Shown piece by piece: positions 1-13,859 of a stretch of DNA of 64,000 bases (the first letter of the stretch is position 1; every line of letters begins with the position of its first letter). The position numbers were made by a program, and so were the translations under genes. The DNA lies in contig CM007991.1 in NCBI GenBank assembly GCA_002189035.1, forward strand, positions 868,001 through 932,000, in the 5' to 3' direction. The DNA comes from Utricularia gibba (lineage: Eukaryota > Plantae > Magnoliophyta). The notes beneath the pieces are model-generated. The model did not search any database and was not told the origin of the DNA. It saw nothing but the letters and a program-made list of their open reading frames with translations.

Positions 1-397
1 AGGTAAGCCATAAGGGTTTCCGTAAATTCAATTTTCCGTACTTCACACAAATACTGCACTCCGTTTGGATCAAGTAATAGAAAAAAAACTAATCCTCCTC
101 TAAATAGATTACGTAATAATCACGGCGCATCAATAATTAATTATTCTGATTATTTTGCGCTAAAAACCTTTAGTCAGTCAGAAATCGCTAGTTGCATGTG
201 TTATCAACTAAACTAAAAAATAATAATATTATGTTTTTTTTAATGGGATCCTTTTCGAGAAATCATTAATGAGTTTTTAATAATATTCACTGTCATTTGC
301 AGAGGAATTTCAGATTCCCATGCATGTCTCGTGGACGCATGCTTTTCCTCGTAAATCTCTAGTTTCTAGTTGTTACTAAATTTTGACATTTTTGCAG

Positions 398-1283
<886 letters not shown>

Positions 1284-2861
1284 AAGAACGAAACAAATCC
1301 CATGGTAAAAATAAAACAATTAAAATTGAACTTGCATAAAATCCTTCCTTCCCTACTTCAAGCCAAAGAAAATGGGCATCAACACAAGAAAGCACTCTTT
1401 TACCCTTTTGGCAAGGATAGATGGATTTTGTTCTTGGGCAATATCTCTATTTAAAATAATGATGGGATGTATTTTATTCCCCTATTTGTGTCTAGTACAT
1501 GTTTGCAGTTGGCATTTGAGAGTTGTATCATTTCGTACAGCAATGAAAAACCGGCATGACAAAAAAAAAGCAAAGGAGAAACCATCGAAACAAGAGAGGC
1601 GTGTTGCTCTTGTATGTTGTCTCTGTGGTGTGCTGGTAATATGATATGACGCAGAAACAGCACAGCAGAGCATCCAGCTAGTTGAAGATGATGAGGAGCC
1701 CCACATGGGCAGCTGCAAAGCAATGCCCACCACCAACCCCTGGATCCTTGTGATTGATTGCACCCTCGCCTAATGAGGGTTGACGGGCTGCAACGATACA
1801 CCTTTCCTTTTGGAATCAAAATAAGCAGCGGTTTCCTACTGGGATGCCATCACTGAAGCCGGCGCAGCTGGAGGAGAGTCGATCGGAACTCCGTCCAGCC
1901 AATGTAGCCGCCGCCCCCCTCCATTCTACTTGTACGATAACCTTCTGAATGTCCCTGGGCTTCAAGCACCAGCGACGAAATAGGATGGAATCCGTGCTCA
2001 AGTTGAATGCATGGTGCGCTTAGAGACAGTACCGTCTTCTGGTAATAAGTACTGCGCCTTGCCAACAACCATGCCTATTCAATAAGCTGTAATCCATTTG
2101 AAATGGGAACCGACGGTTCCTAGATTCCAGATTCCATATTTTGCAACTGGTCGGTTGGTTTCAATGCTGACTAAAAAAGTATGAAAAATCTGCGCAAACT
2201 GGCGATTCACGTTTCCAAATTTTAAGGAACTGAGTCAAGAAGCTCACTGGGTTCTGATTCGGAATCGAAAACCCGACAATCCAATACGATTCCGGTTCAA
2301 ACCTGTTTAAACTGTTTATGTTACATGGTGGATTGGACCAGATGCGACACCAAGGGCATTTGTGTAATGTTACAAAGAACCATCCAGCGGCCCATTAGCT
2401 ACCTGTTGGCCCACAAACGATGCACTCTTCAAAGCCCATAATCAGTCCAGGATATCTGATTCATTTGTATAATTAATTGAATCGAATTTCATAATTTTCA
2501 TTTTTTTAAAAAATAATTATTATTTAAATATGTGAAATTTAAAATTCACAAGCTTGACGTAAATTTGCAAATGCTCATGTAAGAATACGAGCTGTGTGAA
2601 TCAGGTAATCAACCTTCGATGTAAAAATGTTTGGTGTAAAGCTGCCTTATTTTGTTAGAATAACAAAATTGTTGTTTATTTACAATTAACGCATCGTTGG
2701 TGAGATCGTTAAGGCGAAAAGAGTAGTCTTTCTACAGGTAGGTGTACAGATGAACAGCGTCGGATGAGCACGGGGTTTTATCCAGCTGGTTATTCAACTT
2801 TCTATTGATCGGTTAGAATTAGGAAGCGGGTGTGTCCTTTTTTGAGAAATTAGAACCAGCA

Positions 2862-5800
2862 ATGGCCGTGCTTGAAGATTCCGATGAGCAATATGCACCC
2901 CAGAAGAATAAGCCGCCTTCGGAGTATGAGAAAAGGTACCCCTTTCCGATGGCTGGTAAGTGCCTGAATTAAGAAGGTGTTTCGATTGATTTGTTTTGGA
3001 ATTCTTTTACAGGAGAAAGAAGATTGTGCCGGGTGGGTTGATGAAGGCCGTGATTAGGCCTGGAAAGGGTGACAAGAGTCCTACTGATGGTGATCAGGTA
3101 TTTGGGTAGTGAAAGAAAATCGTTTCAATGTTGTTATATTGCCGGGTTGTTATAATGCTTTGGGTCTGAAGGCAAATGATTATGGGGCGTGTCTAATTTC
3201 TGAAGGTTATATATAACTATACAGTCAGAACACTGGATGGTGTGGTTGTTGAGTCAAACCGAGCTGAACTCGGAGGTTTGTTTTTATCTTTCTCTGTCAC
3301 ATTGTGATGGGTTAATGCTAAACTAGGGTAATATTGTGTGTGATTGAATAGGAAATGGCATCCCAAAAAGGGATCTTTTTGGCAAAAGCAAGATGATTTT
3401 GGGATTGATGGAAGGCATCCCTACAATGTTGCTTGGTGAAGTTGCAATGGTAACTTATTTAGCAGAGTTATGTCATATTGAACAGAAACACGATTCATTT
3501 ATGTGCGCAATATTATTTTTGGCATTAATGTTATCATCATGTAGTTCAAGGTGAAACCTGAGATGCATTATGGGGAAGAAGACTGCCCTGTGTTTGCGGC
3601 ACAAGGTTTTCCCAAGGATGATGTACTTCATTTTGAAATTGAACTGATTGATTTCTCCAAAGTCAAGGCAAGAATGTCATAATTTTTTTGACCAACTTGC
3701 ACAGTGACTGCTCCTTATAATAATCATTATTTTCTAAGACATCTTCAATTTCGATTATAATCAGCGGAAATGACTGCTGACAGTGTTTTTGATATGAGCT
3801 TGTTCTTTTTAAGGGCCCTTTTTGCTCTGCTGTTTAACATGTATGCTACCTTCTGTACTTCCAGGTTATTACTGAAGATTTAGGCGTTGTAAAGAAGGTA
3901 ATATGTAAGATTTATTTTGTTCGAAGTGTTTCTGTTGTATGGGATGTAGTGTCTGTGAATTCTGGAAGTTATTAAAGGGAGAAGAAGAAATAGAATAGGA
4001 CTGCTGATTTAATCTGAGTCAGTGTTCTTCTTTTGATTCTGTTTGTGTGTGAGCTTGTGGCCTTGCAAATACATTTTACACTCACTCTTTATCTACTTGT
4101 ATTTTCTCAAACAGGTAACAGAAGAAGGACAAGGCTGGGAACAACCAAGGGAACCATATGAAATAAAAATTTGGTAGGTTACTAGATTTGCTTTCTCATT
4201 ACATTTGCACTTTTTGTAAGATGTTCCAGTTGAAGGCCTCAAGTATGAGATTCTTGTTTTCCTGAACCGTAATTCACTTTAAAGTAATTTTTTATAGGAT
4301 ATCGGGGAAGACTTGGGATGGTAAAGTTGTTTTTTCTCATACTACGGGGGAGCCATTTTTCTTTACTTTTGGAAAGTCTGAGGTGGGTAGTTCAATCCTC
4401 CATGTTATTCTATTTTCTGTATTGTTTAGTATGAAGTTCGGTTGGATTTTGTGTATGTAAGCACTTGGCACCTAATGCTTCTGGATTAACTGCGTTTTAG
4501 GTTTTAATCTGACAGGTTCCAAAAGGTCTAGAGATGGGAATTGGAACCATGCCAAAGGGCGAGAAGGCAGTCATATATGTCACAAGGGAGTACTTAACCG
4601 AGTGTTCTTTGATTCCCTCGTTGGAAGGTTATTCTGAAATCCAATTTGAAGTGGAGCTGATCCACTTTATCCAGGTAAATTTGTTATTCTCGTCATTGAG
4701 AGCTTGGCTATATTAAGGAAGTATTTGATCTGAAAGCTTAGAGCACAATAATCATATTTTGTACCTAATGTGATTTGAGTTGGAAATGCCTTTCGATTGT
4801 TTATATTCCTGTATACTTTATAGATCGTGGCTTATCACCATGACTTAAGTTATTTTGATAGTGTATGTATAGGTCCGTGATGTGCTTGGAGATGGACGCT
4901 TGATTAAACGGCGATTACGCAATGGAAGAGGTTTTTTACAATCTGTTCTCTTTAAATGACGACTCTAAATTTTCTTGCATTTTGTAATATGTAATTGCTC
5001 TTTTCTCAGATAAGTGCCATGTCTCTATTTTTAGATGTATTATTTGTTCATGTTCTTGCTGTTTATTCCACCGCAATCTATGTGCGTAATTCTTAATATT
5101 TGTGCTTTTTTTCCCATCTCCAAATAAATAGGCGAGTTTCCTATGGATTGCCCGCTCCAAGACAGTCTCCTGCGTGCTCACTACAAGGGAATGCTTCTTA
5201 ATGAAGAGAAAACTATTTTTTATGATACGCAGGTTCACAACAATGGGCAGCCATTGGAGTTCAGATCAGGTGAAGGCGCTGTAAGTAGTTTCATCCTCTT
5301 TCAATTTACTGAATTATGCTCCTTACTGTTTTTTTAAGTGAAGTACTCTCTTTTTACTTTTTTCTGTGGTGGTTGATGTCAGGTTCCGCAAGGTTTTGAA
5401 ATGTGCATCAGACTGATGTTGCCTGGAGAGATAGCCCTTGTTACATGCCCACCAGAATACGCTTATGACAAATTTCAAGGGTGCTTATAATCATATTTTT
5501 CATCTTAGATACTGAGTACTGTTGTTCATGCTACATTTACTTTGCCTTCTTCTGTATGCTCGCAGGCCTTCTGAAGTTCCTCAGGGCGCTTATGTTCAGT
5601 GGGAAATCGAGCTTCTTGATTATGAGAAGCAGAAGGTATGGATAAAAGGAAGAGGCATGCCATAAGTTCTTTCTGATATCTTTGTGCTGGATAAATTCAG
5701 TTGTCCTAGATTACGGTCCATGCACTGGAATGTTGTATGTGTGTGTCATTTGTCTGGGTGGTTAATTGGGTGAATTTCCAGTTGAATGGCCTTTTTAGGA

Positions 5801-7367
5801 CTGCTTATACATTATTCTTTTTCATATCACTTGTCTAGAAATTCTTTTTTGTGTGTCCATTTCTTGTTAGAAAGGCATATCTTGCAGCTTATTGTATTTT
5901 TTTTTTTTTTGTTGAAATCTATGCAAAAGGACTGGACTGGCTTTAATTTCAGAGAGATAATGGAGGATGTTGAGAAGATCAAGGCCACGGTACACATCAT
6001 ACCTTATCTGGTTAAATGATGGAAGATGTTTCAGTTTACAAAAAATCACAGTAAATTTGTCGTTTACTGCGTTTGTTTCAGGGGAACAGGTTATTCAAAG
6101 AAGGCAAATATGATCTTGCAAAGGCGAAATATGAACATGTACTGTGCTGCCTAATTTCAATTGCATCTGGTGCCAATAGCAACATTTGCTGATCTAATAT
6201 TCCGCTATTGGAATTCTGAGGACGATTTCTGTGATTTCACTAAAGAAACTTGTTCTTCCTTGTGCAGATCCTTAGGGAATTCAATCATGTTAACCCTCAA
6301 GATGATGATGAAGGAAAAGAGTTTGCAGATATGAGAGTATGTCTTATACAGAAATTGGCATATCATTGTAGTTTACTTCGTTGAAATTGATTCAAGCTCC
6401 TGTTCAAACATTGTTGAAGAACTTGATCAACCTGAACGTTGCTGCCTGCTGGCTGAAAATGGATGAATACAGAAAATCGATTGAAACTTGTAATAAGGTA
6501 GTCAAGTTTCAAACTTTTTATTATCCGGATGGTGTGTCCTTGTTTCTTCATGGTGCCGCATCTGAAATTGTACATGAAAGTATAGAAACATTGGATGCTG
6601 TATGGTAAACTTGCACAAACAAGGTGATCTGCCCAGGCTTCGGTTCATTGGAGCTGTGTGAGGAATGAGCTGAGGCGTATGTCAAAGCTGCATTCATCTA
6701 ATTTGTTGGCTCTTGTGTGAAGGTTCTGGGAACGAACCCGGCTCATGTGAAAGCTCTTTACAGACGTGGAATGGCGTTTCTGGCTGCAGGGGATTTTGAT
6801 GAAGCCAGAGCAGATTTTAAACAGGTGAGCTTTTCCTTCCTTTTTGGTCATCTAGTTGTTGATTGTGATTGGATGTTCTCGTTTGCAGATGATAATATTC
6901 GATAAATCATCGGAAGCATCAGCGAAGGCAGCTCTCCTGAAAGTTAAACAGGAAGAACAGGTTAGATTACAGGGACCTCTAGTCAAGCCTATCATTGTTC
7001 CTAGTCCCTTCATATACCTGCTTTCCTGGCGTAGATCAGCGTAGATGGTTGGTTCTTTTGATCCTGTATCTTCGTTCTGCTAGTCAATGGAAATTCATGC
7101 GTATCCGCATGTGCACAGGAGACCAAGAGAAGAGCTCGCCAGCAGTTCAAGGGGCTGTTTGACAAGAAACCGGGTGAAATCTCCGAGACTGGTGCAAGTG
7201 ACGAGGCCGCAGCCACAGACGAGCATGTTGATGCCGAGGAGGAGCAGTTGCTGGAGAGGGCCACAGTGCCGCCGCGGACGCCGCACTCAATCTTATGGTC
7301 CAAAATATGGCCTTCTGCTAAGCAACTCTTCAACAATCTTGGTCTGGACAGATGCGCCATTTTGTGA
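2862..7367 (+). CDS. PAS1: Peptidyl-prolyl cis-trans isomerase PASTICCINO1 (FKBP72; three FKBP domains plus TPR), multi-exon
   Basis: Exons read MAVLEDSDEQYAPQKNK, KKIVPGGLMKAVIRPG, KSKMILGLMEGIPTM, VPKGLEMGIGTM, FPMDCPLQDSLLRAHYKGMLLNEEK, GNRLFKEGKYDLAKAKY, NLNVAACWLKMDEYRKSIETCNK, HVKALYRRGMA, and end ...LGLDRCAIL*. Splice sites are GT-AG except one GC-AG intron. Confidence 0.96.
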
Positions 7368-7580
7368 TACAGCAATGGGGTCGTCTTCTTGTATCATCAC
7401 GAACTTCTACTGCTCTACTGAAAAAGAAGACATACCACATGCAGACACTGAGGAGACATTAATGGTGCATTCAATGCAGTCTCAACCTCCAACTACCCCA
7501 GATTCAGGGAAAAAAAAGTGTTTCTTCTATAAATTGGAGATGAGATAAGGGCGAATAAGCTGGTAACACAGACCACGTCA

Positions 7581-8031
7581 ATGGCGGCGATTGCTAACAA
7601 GGTGGCGGCTGCGGTACTCCTCGTAGTGGCGATGGGGTGTCTAGTGGCGGAGTCGGCCGTCGACTGCGGCCTAGTGACCCAGGAGCTGAGCCCCTGCGTC
7701 ACCGCGGCTATATCCGGATCCAAACCCGACCCGACATGCTGCACTGGCATCAGGGATCTCTACTACAAACGAGCGAAACAAACCGCCGACCGTCAAACGA
7801 TCTGCAAGTGCATCAAAGCGTACGCCGGATACGCCACCCCCCCGTCGTCACCAACATCGGCCGTCTCCTAGCCGCCTGCAAAGTCTCCCTTCCTTACAAG
7901 ATCTCACCTCAGCTGGATTGCTCCACGTACGCTCCACACAACCCTAATTTTTTCCTACTATTGTTATTTAGGCGATATTTGGAAAATCTTAATTTTCTAA
8001 AATCGTACGACCTAATTTTAGGGTTCGTTGA
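7581..8031 (+). CDS. Non-specific lipid transfer protein, type 1
   Basis: Signal peptide, then the 8-Cys pattern C..PC..CC..CKC..C..C (VDCGLV..LSPCV..TCCTGI..TICKCIK..AACKVSLPYKISPQLDCST). Typical late intron 7927-8021 with terminal exon giving VR*. One +1 correction in the C7 run at 7837-7843. TATAAAT at 7528. Confidence 0.92.
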
Positions 8032-8199
8032 TGGCGTGGCACTGGAGAAGGGAAAGTGTGCGGGCGTCCGCGCAGCAACTTGGGCATGGTCTATATGCCT
8101 CCAACCTTTTGTCTGAATAATCATCTAAATGGCTGTCTTTGGAAATAGATATGGATTGAATACTTTAATATTAATTTTAAAGTATGTTTAATGTAACAC

Positions 8200-8252
8200 G
8201 TGCGTTTGGTAATAAATTTGAAATCAATCCAGTAATCAAATTTGAAATCAAT
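8200..8252. mobile_element. Possible degenerate Tourist-like MITE fragment
   Basis: GTGCGTTTGG at 8200 resembles a PIF/Harbinger MITE terminus and is followed by two copies of AAATTTGAAATCAAT (8214, 8238). No matching right TIR found. Confidence 0.3.
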
Positions 8253-11200
8253 TTAATATAAATAAATATTAATGTTAATCTTGGGGAAATGTCGATATAA
8301 ATATTAAAATATTTTTAAAACCCTGATAATTCACGCTTAAATCTATATATTTATCACACTGGCGATGATTGAAAATTCAAGAGAAGGCTGCTGGAAAGGC
8401 CCAACAGCCCAACCCATTTGACGTCTTCCTCATGTTGGGCCATTCATAACGGGCTTTCCCATTTGGCAACCAGTAAGTATATAAACTAAATTAATTTGAA
8501 ACTTCATTCAAGGAAATGTCATTTGGACACAAGTCAACCAGCCCATTCAACAAAATAAATATGAAAATAGGTAATATCGCAATTTATTTTCAAATATAAA
8601 ATATTTCAATGAAAAATGGCGATTGGATTAGCAGGCCATACGAAGTGTTGAGAAATAGCAATCTACAATTTGTGTTTGATGTGACTGATTTTGATTGTTC
8701 GCTTTACAGCCTGCAGACAACAAATGCTTGATGGCCACATTTCATGTTTTTTTTCTACACAAATCATTATAAATGGGGTGCTTAAGAAAAAAATATTAAT
8801 TATTCTTAAAAAAATTATTGCGATGATTAACTTTTTTTTTTTTTACATAAGGTGCGTGCTTTATGGAGGTTTTTTTAGAGTGAGGAGAGAAATAAACATG
8901 ATTTTAGGATACTTAATTGATTATATGTTTGAATTAATTTATTTAGACATAAGATGAATCATAATATTAAAATTGAAAATTTATTGGTATATAGATTTTA
9001 CACATATATATTTAAAATAATATTATTTAATAAATATGTTTAAAATATATAATTTTTAGTAATTAAAGTGAATTATTCGTTCCATTCCCATTGATATTTA
9101 AATTATAAATTTTGACAAATAAATCCTAAACCCAACTCCATGTAAATGTTTCTCTCCTTCAAAAAAATATAAAGATTCAGTTTTTTTTTTTTTTGTATCT
9201 CTCCTTCAAATCAAATAGTTTTGTATAATTAAAAAACTATTGAATTTGCGAAGAAACAAAAACTTAGATTTCATAAAATCTAAAAAATAATAATAATAAT
9301 AACAAAAATGAAATTAAATTTAAAGCAAGAGTGTTTAGGAAAACCTGCTATTTTAAAATACTTAATTGAGAGTATATTTAAACACGTCATATTTTCAAAA
9401 TAGAATTATTATATTCTATTTTTAATAATGTTTTAAAAATTTAAAACATTCTATTTGAAAAATCATGTAATTTTTTCAAAATGTGTTATTTTCCAACACA
9501 CGTATATTTAAACAATTAAACAAACGTACTATTAATATTTTTCAAAATTCAAAATTTTAAAAATCGAAACCAATTTCAATCCCACAGCAAATTTTTGTTA
9601 CCATTCTTAGAGACGAAGGGAGGTTGTCCCCCAGCCACTTACCATAATTTATGTCATCTTTGTCACATTTACTTGCCTGTGGACCGGCTCTGAAACCCAT
9701 GGTGGGCACTTCTGGAAACTCATTAACGTCACCGTATCACACTTGTCTCGTGTTGTCTTCTTGTCACACACAAGTTGTGTAAGCGGGGGATGCCCTGTGA
9801 CATTTTGGCATGTACACCCATATAAATGTTTTACGTATCATATAAGAAAAATGTCATTATTGCCCTCCTCTACCGATTTTCCGATCAAGATCCGCCGTTG
9901 ATCTCGAGCACGTCGTTCCAGGTAGGGGTCCCAAAGTTTTAGTTTACTATTGATCATGGAGGAAGAATCTTGTAGGAGAAGGTACAGGGGGCGACATTGC
10001 AACTGGAGATGTGAAGTCGCTTGGAGATGGACATCCTTAACCGTGCACATCATCCTTGTTCAATGTCCAATTGACCAAGAGGGGCAATGTGTGGTTGCAT
10101 CGTCCAATTGAATCGATCCCATAAAAAAACCCAACCAAATCGATATGATATGTTTCGAGTTCATTGTTAGTTGAGAAAAAGATATGTCTTGAATTTAAAC
10201 GATAAAAATTAAATTGATTTATGATTTAATTATTATCTATAATCACACAAAAAACAAGTTTTAATAAAATAAAAACTAATTCAATTTTAGCATGTGTATT
10301 AGAATGAAAAATTATCACATTGAAATTTAAAAAATAAAATAGTTAAATATATGAAAATAAAAATCAATAGTAATAAATTAAGTCTAATTTTTTAATGTGT
10401 TTCACGTACGTTTTTTTATATATTTGAATTTTACATGTGTTTATTCAATTCATTAGATTTTGAATTTCAATAATATGATTGTATATGCAACACTACAAGT
10501 AGATTATATTGAACACTAAGTGTTCTTTGTATGATATTATTTATTTTGAATAATTAATATTTTACATTTTTTTATTTTTATCTCGAGTATGTAAAAGTTT
10601 ATTTATTTTCAAGTTATTTTATATTAAACACATTTAATTTTGAAGCCTTTGTCAAAGATAATCCAGACTTGGTCTAAGATTTAGATAATCATTTTATTCG
10701 ATATAATACTACTCTACGTTGGGATTTATGTAGAATATAATTATACGTAGTCGGGCAGCGGCGGTTGGGCCTTGTTGTGGCGTGGATAGGGACATGTTGT
10801 CGAAACATTGAATCTGGTGGGCCCCACTGCCCCGTGAAATGATTAAATGGTATGCCACGGCGGCACCAGCAAAACACGAAGAGTGGCTGAGGGCTGGGTT
10901 CTGAGTGATCTGATCGTTCCACCTGCTTCGCGCCAACATCACATTCATTGAATTGGTTCTTTCCTCTCTCTGTACACGTTTGTTTTTCTTGTCTGTTTGC
11001 CACTGGAATCGGCTTTTTGTTTCTTTTCTTTTTTATTTATGTGGTTATCTTGGACTGCCTCAAGATTTTGTCCGTCGGTGCTTGCTTCTTTTCACCTTCT
11101 TTTGATGTTTCGGGTACCTTCGTTTCTTGGATTCTTTACCTTCTTAGGCGTGTTGTGATGAAAAACCGTAGGTTTGTTGCGACGAAGCCTTTTCCACGAT

Positions 11201-11949
11201 CCACATTCCGCGGTGCGTCGCTTTTTTTTTTTGGGCTCCATCTCGTTCTTTGGTTGGATAACTGTGGTTTTAGAGTGATGCTTTTCGGTTTTTTGATTGG
11301 TGCTTGTGAACTCTTTTTTTTTTTTTTCTGGGGTTTGCGTGCTGATCGCAAAGTGGCGTTTCTTGCTGGGTTTTGCCCTGAATTTGTGACGAAGGTGGGG
11401 TGACTAGCGTGTCCGTTGTGATAGATTTTCAATCAAGATCACTTTGATCGCATTGTGAATATCAATCTTTCGTGTTTCTGTGACAAAGAAGTAAAAAAAA
11501 ATTATGCAAGCCATGGCATGCGAGTGTTTTATGGTGGAATCTGTTACTTGAATATGTGATGTTTCATTGAATTGGAGAACACCCAGTTTGCACAAATGAT
11601 CCATGCCCCTAATCTATTTGTAACCTGTTTTATGTGTAGAGATTAAGTTTTTTTTCTCTACGGTGGATCGCTACTTTAATTCCCTTCTCTATCTTATTTT
11701 GTTATGCTTGTGAGCAGGTTATTTTTAGGCTTACGGATGGGCAAAAAGCTGTTGAACATGAAGTTACGCTGTCAGTTTGGGCTACTTTGGATTGAACTGG
11801 AGCAGCTTTCTTGTGTATTACCTGGATTGGATCTTAGATACGAGAAAAAGGAGTGATTTTGGAGGTGCAGGAGTTATCAGGATTCAGAGGCTTTTAGTGG
11901 TTGCTCTGCCGTTGTTCTACAACAACAAGAATCATTTATTGCAGTTAAA

Positions 11950-13859
11950 ATGAGAAAATCCCGCCTGGAACACCAAGCTGATATCGGTGTGGCCAAATGC
12001 AGAAACAAGGAGCTTGTGATGCACATGTCGAACTTGCCTGTGTTTCTTCAGCATGCCAAAGAAAACTCTGTTCAGGAGAAGGCACTAAATTTTGGTGTTC
12101 TTGACTGGAACAGGTTGGAGAAATGGAAGAATTCTGATTTTTTTCCTGAAAATGCTATAGAGGAAGGATCATTTTGTGGCAAATCAATTTCTTCGGTGAA
12201 CAGAGAAGCCAAGGTGGATTTGAGCATTGGAAGTTGTAGATCTTCCCAAGGCTGGTCTTCCAGTTCCTTGCCGTCTGGTTCACATTTCAGCTCAGTTCAG
12301 AGACAGTCCCATCTATCTAATGAATCAGGGACCTCTCATGAATGCCAAATGGATGAAGCGCCAGAGAATAAGTTGTTTGATTTTTGTGCTCCTCGATCAC
12401 CTTACGATTCAGACACGCCAGACTCCTTTCAAGATAGCTGTCATAAAGAACAGGGTAACATGCTTTACTCAAACTTCTATGAAGAAGAAAAGTCCCCTTC
12501 CTTGAAACCAGAAGTTACAGGTTTTATGATGCCAGGAAAAACTCCCAAGTTATCTTGTATTGATGAATTTGTCATGCAATCAGAATTTTCAGGAAAGTTC
12601 TGTTCGAAAGGAAGAGCTCATACCCTTTTTCGTAAAGTAAGGTGTAGTCTTGCAAGAATCACCAAAAGCTCCAGTTTCAGGGATTGCTCATCCTTACAAG
12701 GATCAAGTTCCCCTTGCTCTTCTGTCATACATGGCCGATCAAAGCCCGAAGCCCCTTCTATTGAAGACAGCCGACTATGGAGATTCTTGGATCCTCTTTT
12801 CAAGCGCTCGACGGTTCAATCTGCTGATATGTGCCCAGGTGCCATGCCATCTCAGAAAAGGCAAGCAGCTGTGTCCAAAGTCCAGGCGCTTTTGCAGGTC
12901 ACATTAAAGAATGAGCTTCCTCCTCTCTATAAACTTGTTTTAGAGAGTAGTAATAGCATGGTGGTTGCTGCTGCAACAAAGTCACCGGTCGCCGGAAAGC
13001 ATGGCCAGTCCATGACATACACATTTTACTCAGTTTGTGATATAAAGAAAAAGAGCATGAACTGGATAGCCAAAGGCTCAAGTGGTAAACCTTGCAGCCT
13101 TGCCTATAACGTCATCGGACAGATGGAGATTTCAACAACTTGTGATCCAGGGGAATGCCGTAGTGGATCTAAATGGACAGATACAAGGGAATGGATATTG
13201 TATGGTGCTGATCCTGAGACGAATCATTCAGCTGATCCTATACTACATAAAGAAATCGCAGCCATTATTACGAATACCAGCAAGAAGCCTCACCATGCAG
13301 AAGGTGGAGCTTGTAATGGCACAGTGGTCATCCTTCCAGCAGCCGTCCACAGCACACCAGTCAAAGGGGCGCCATCTTCTCTGGTCAGCAGATGGAGGTC
13401 CGGCGGATCATGCGATTGCGGAGGTTGGGATGTTGGATGTAAGCTCAGAGTACTCAATGAGCTCCATAAAAGCAGCAAGAATCTTCAAGAATCAGCATCC
13501 ACCTCCAATGTTGGCAATTTAAAGCTCTTCCCACAGGTACTATAAACTCATGGCCCTTCTAAAACACCCATTCTTGTAGCACAGACTTTCAACTATTCTG
13601 CTTACAGGGTGAAGACCATACCACCAGCCCAGTCCTCTCGATGGAGCCATTGAAAGCCGGCTTGTATTCCATCATATTCGATGATTCGATTCCCATGCTT
13701 GAGGCATTTGCTATATGTGTGGCACAACTTACCTGCCAAACACACCGTTTTCTCGGATTGGATGTCGAAAACGATACAAAGGAGCTGCTCCAAGTGCGGC
13801 AATGTGGTGTGAAATATAGTGCCTCACGCCCACCATTGTCTCCTGCAGATAGGATCTGA
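11950..13859 (+). CDS. DUF3527 domain protein, two coding exons (11950-13536, 13608-13859)
   Basis: Motifs NFGVLDWNRLEKWK, QALLQVTLKN, YTFYS, VILPAAVHSTP, SLVSRWRSGGSCDCGGWDVGCKLRVL, LEAFAICVA, and the family C-terminus PPLSPADRI*. Confidence 0.9.

Noticed and set aside
10948-11432. Long hydrophobic and basic ORFs on both strands
   Set aside because: Products of the T-rich 5' leader of the DUF3527 gene; low complexity and no family motifs.
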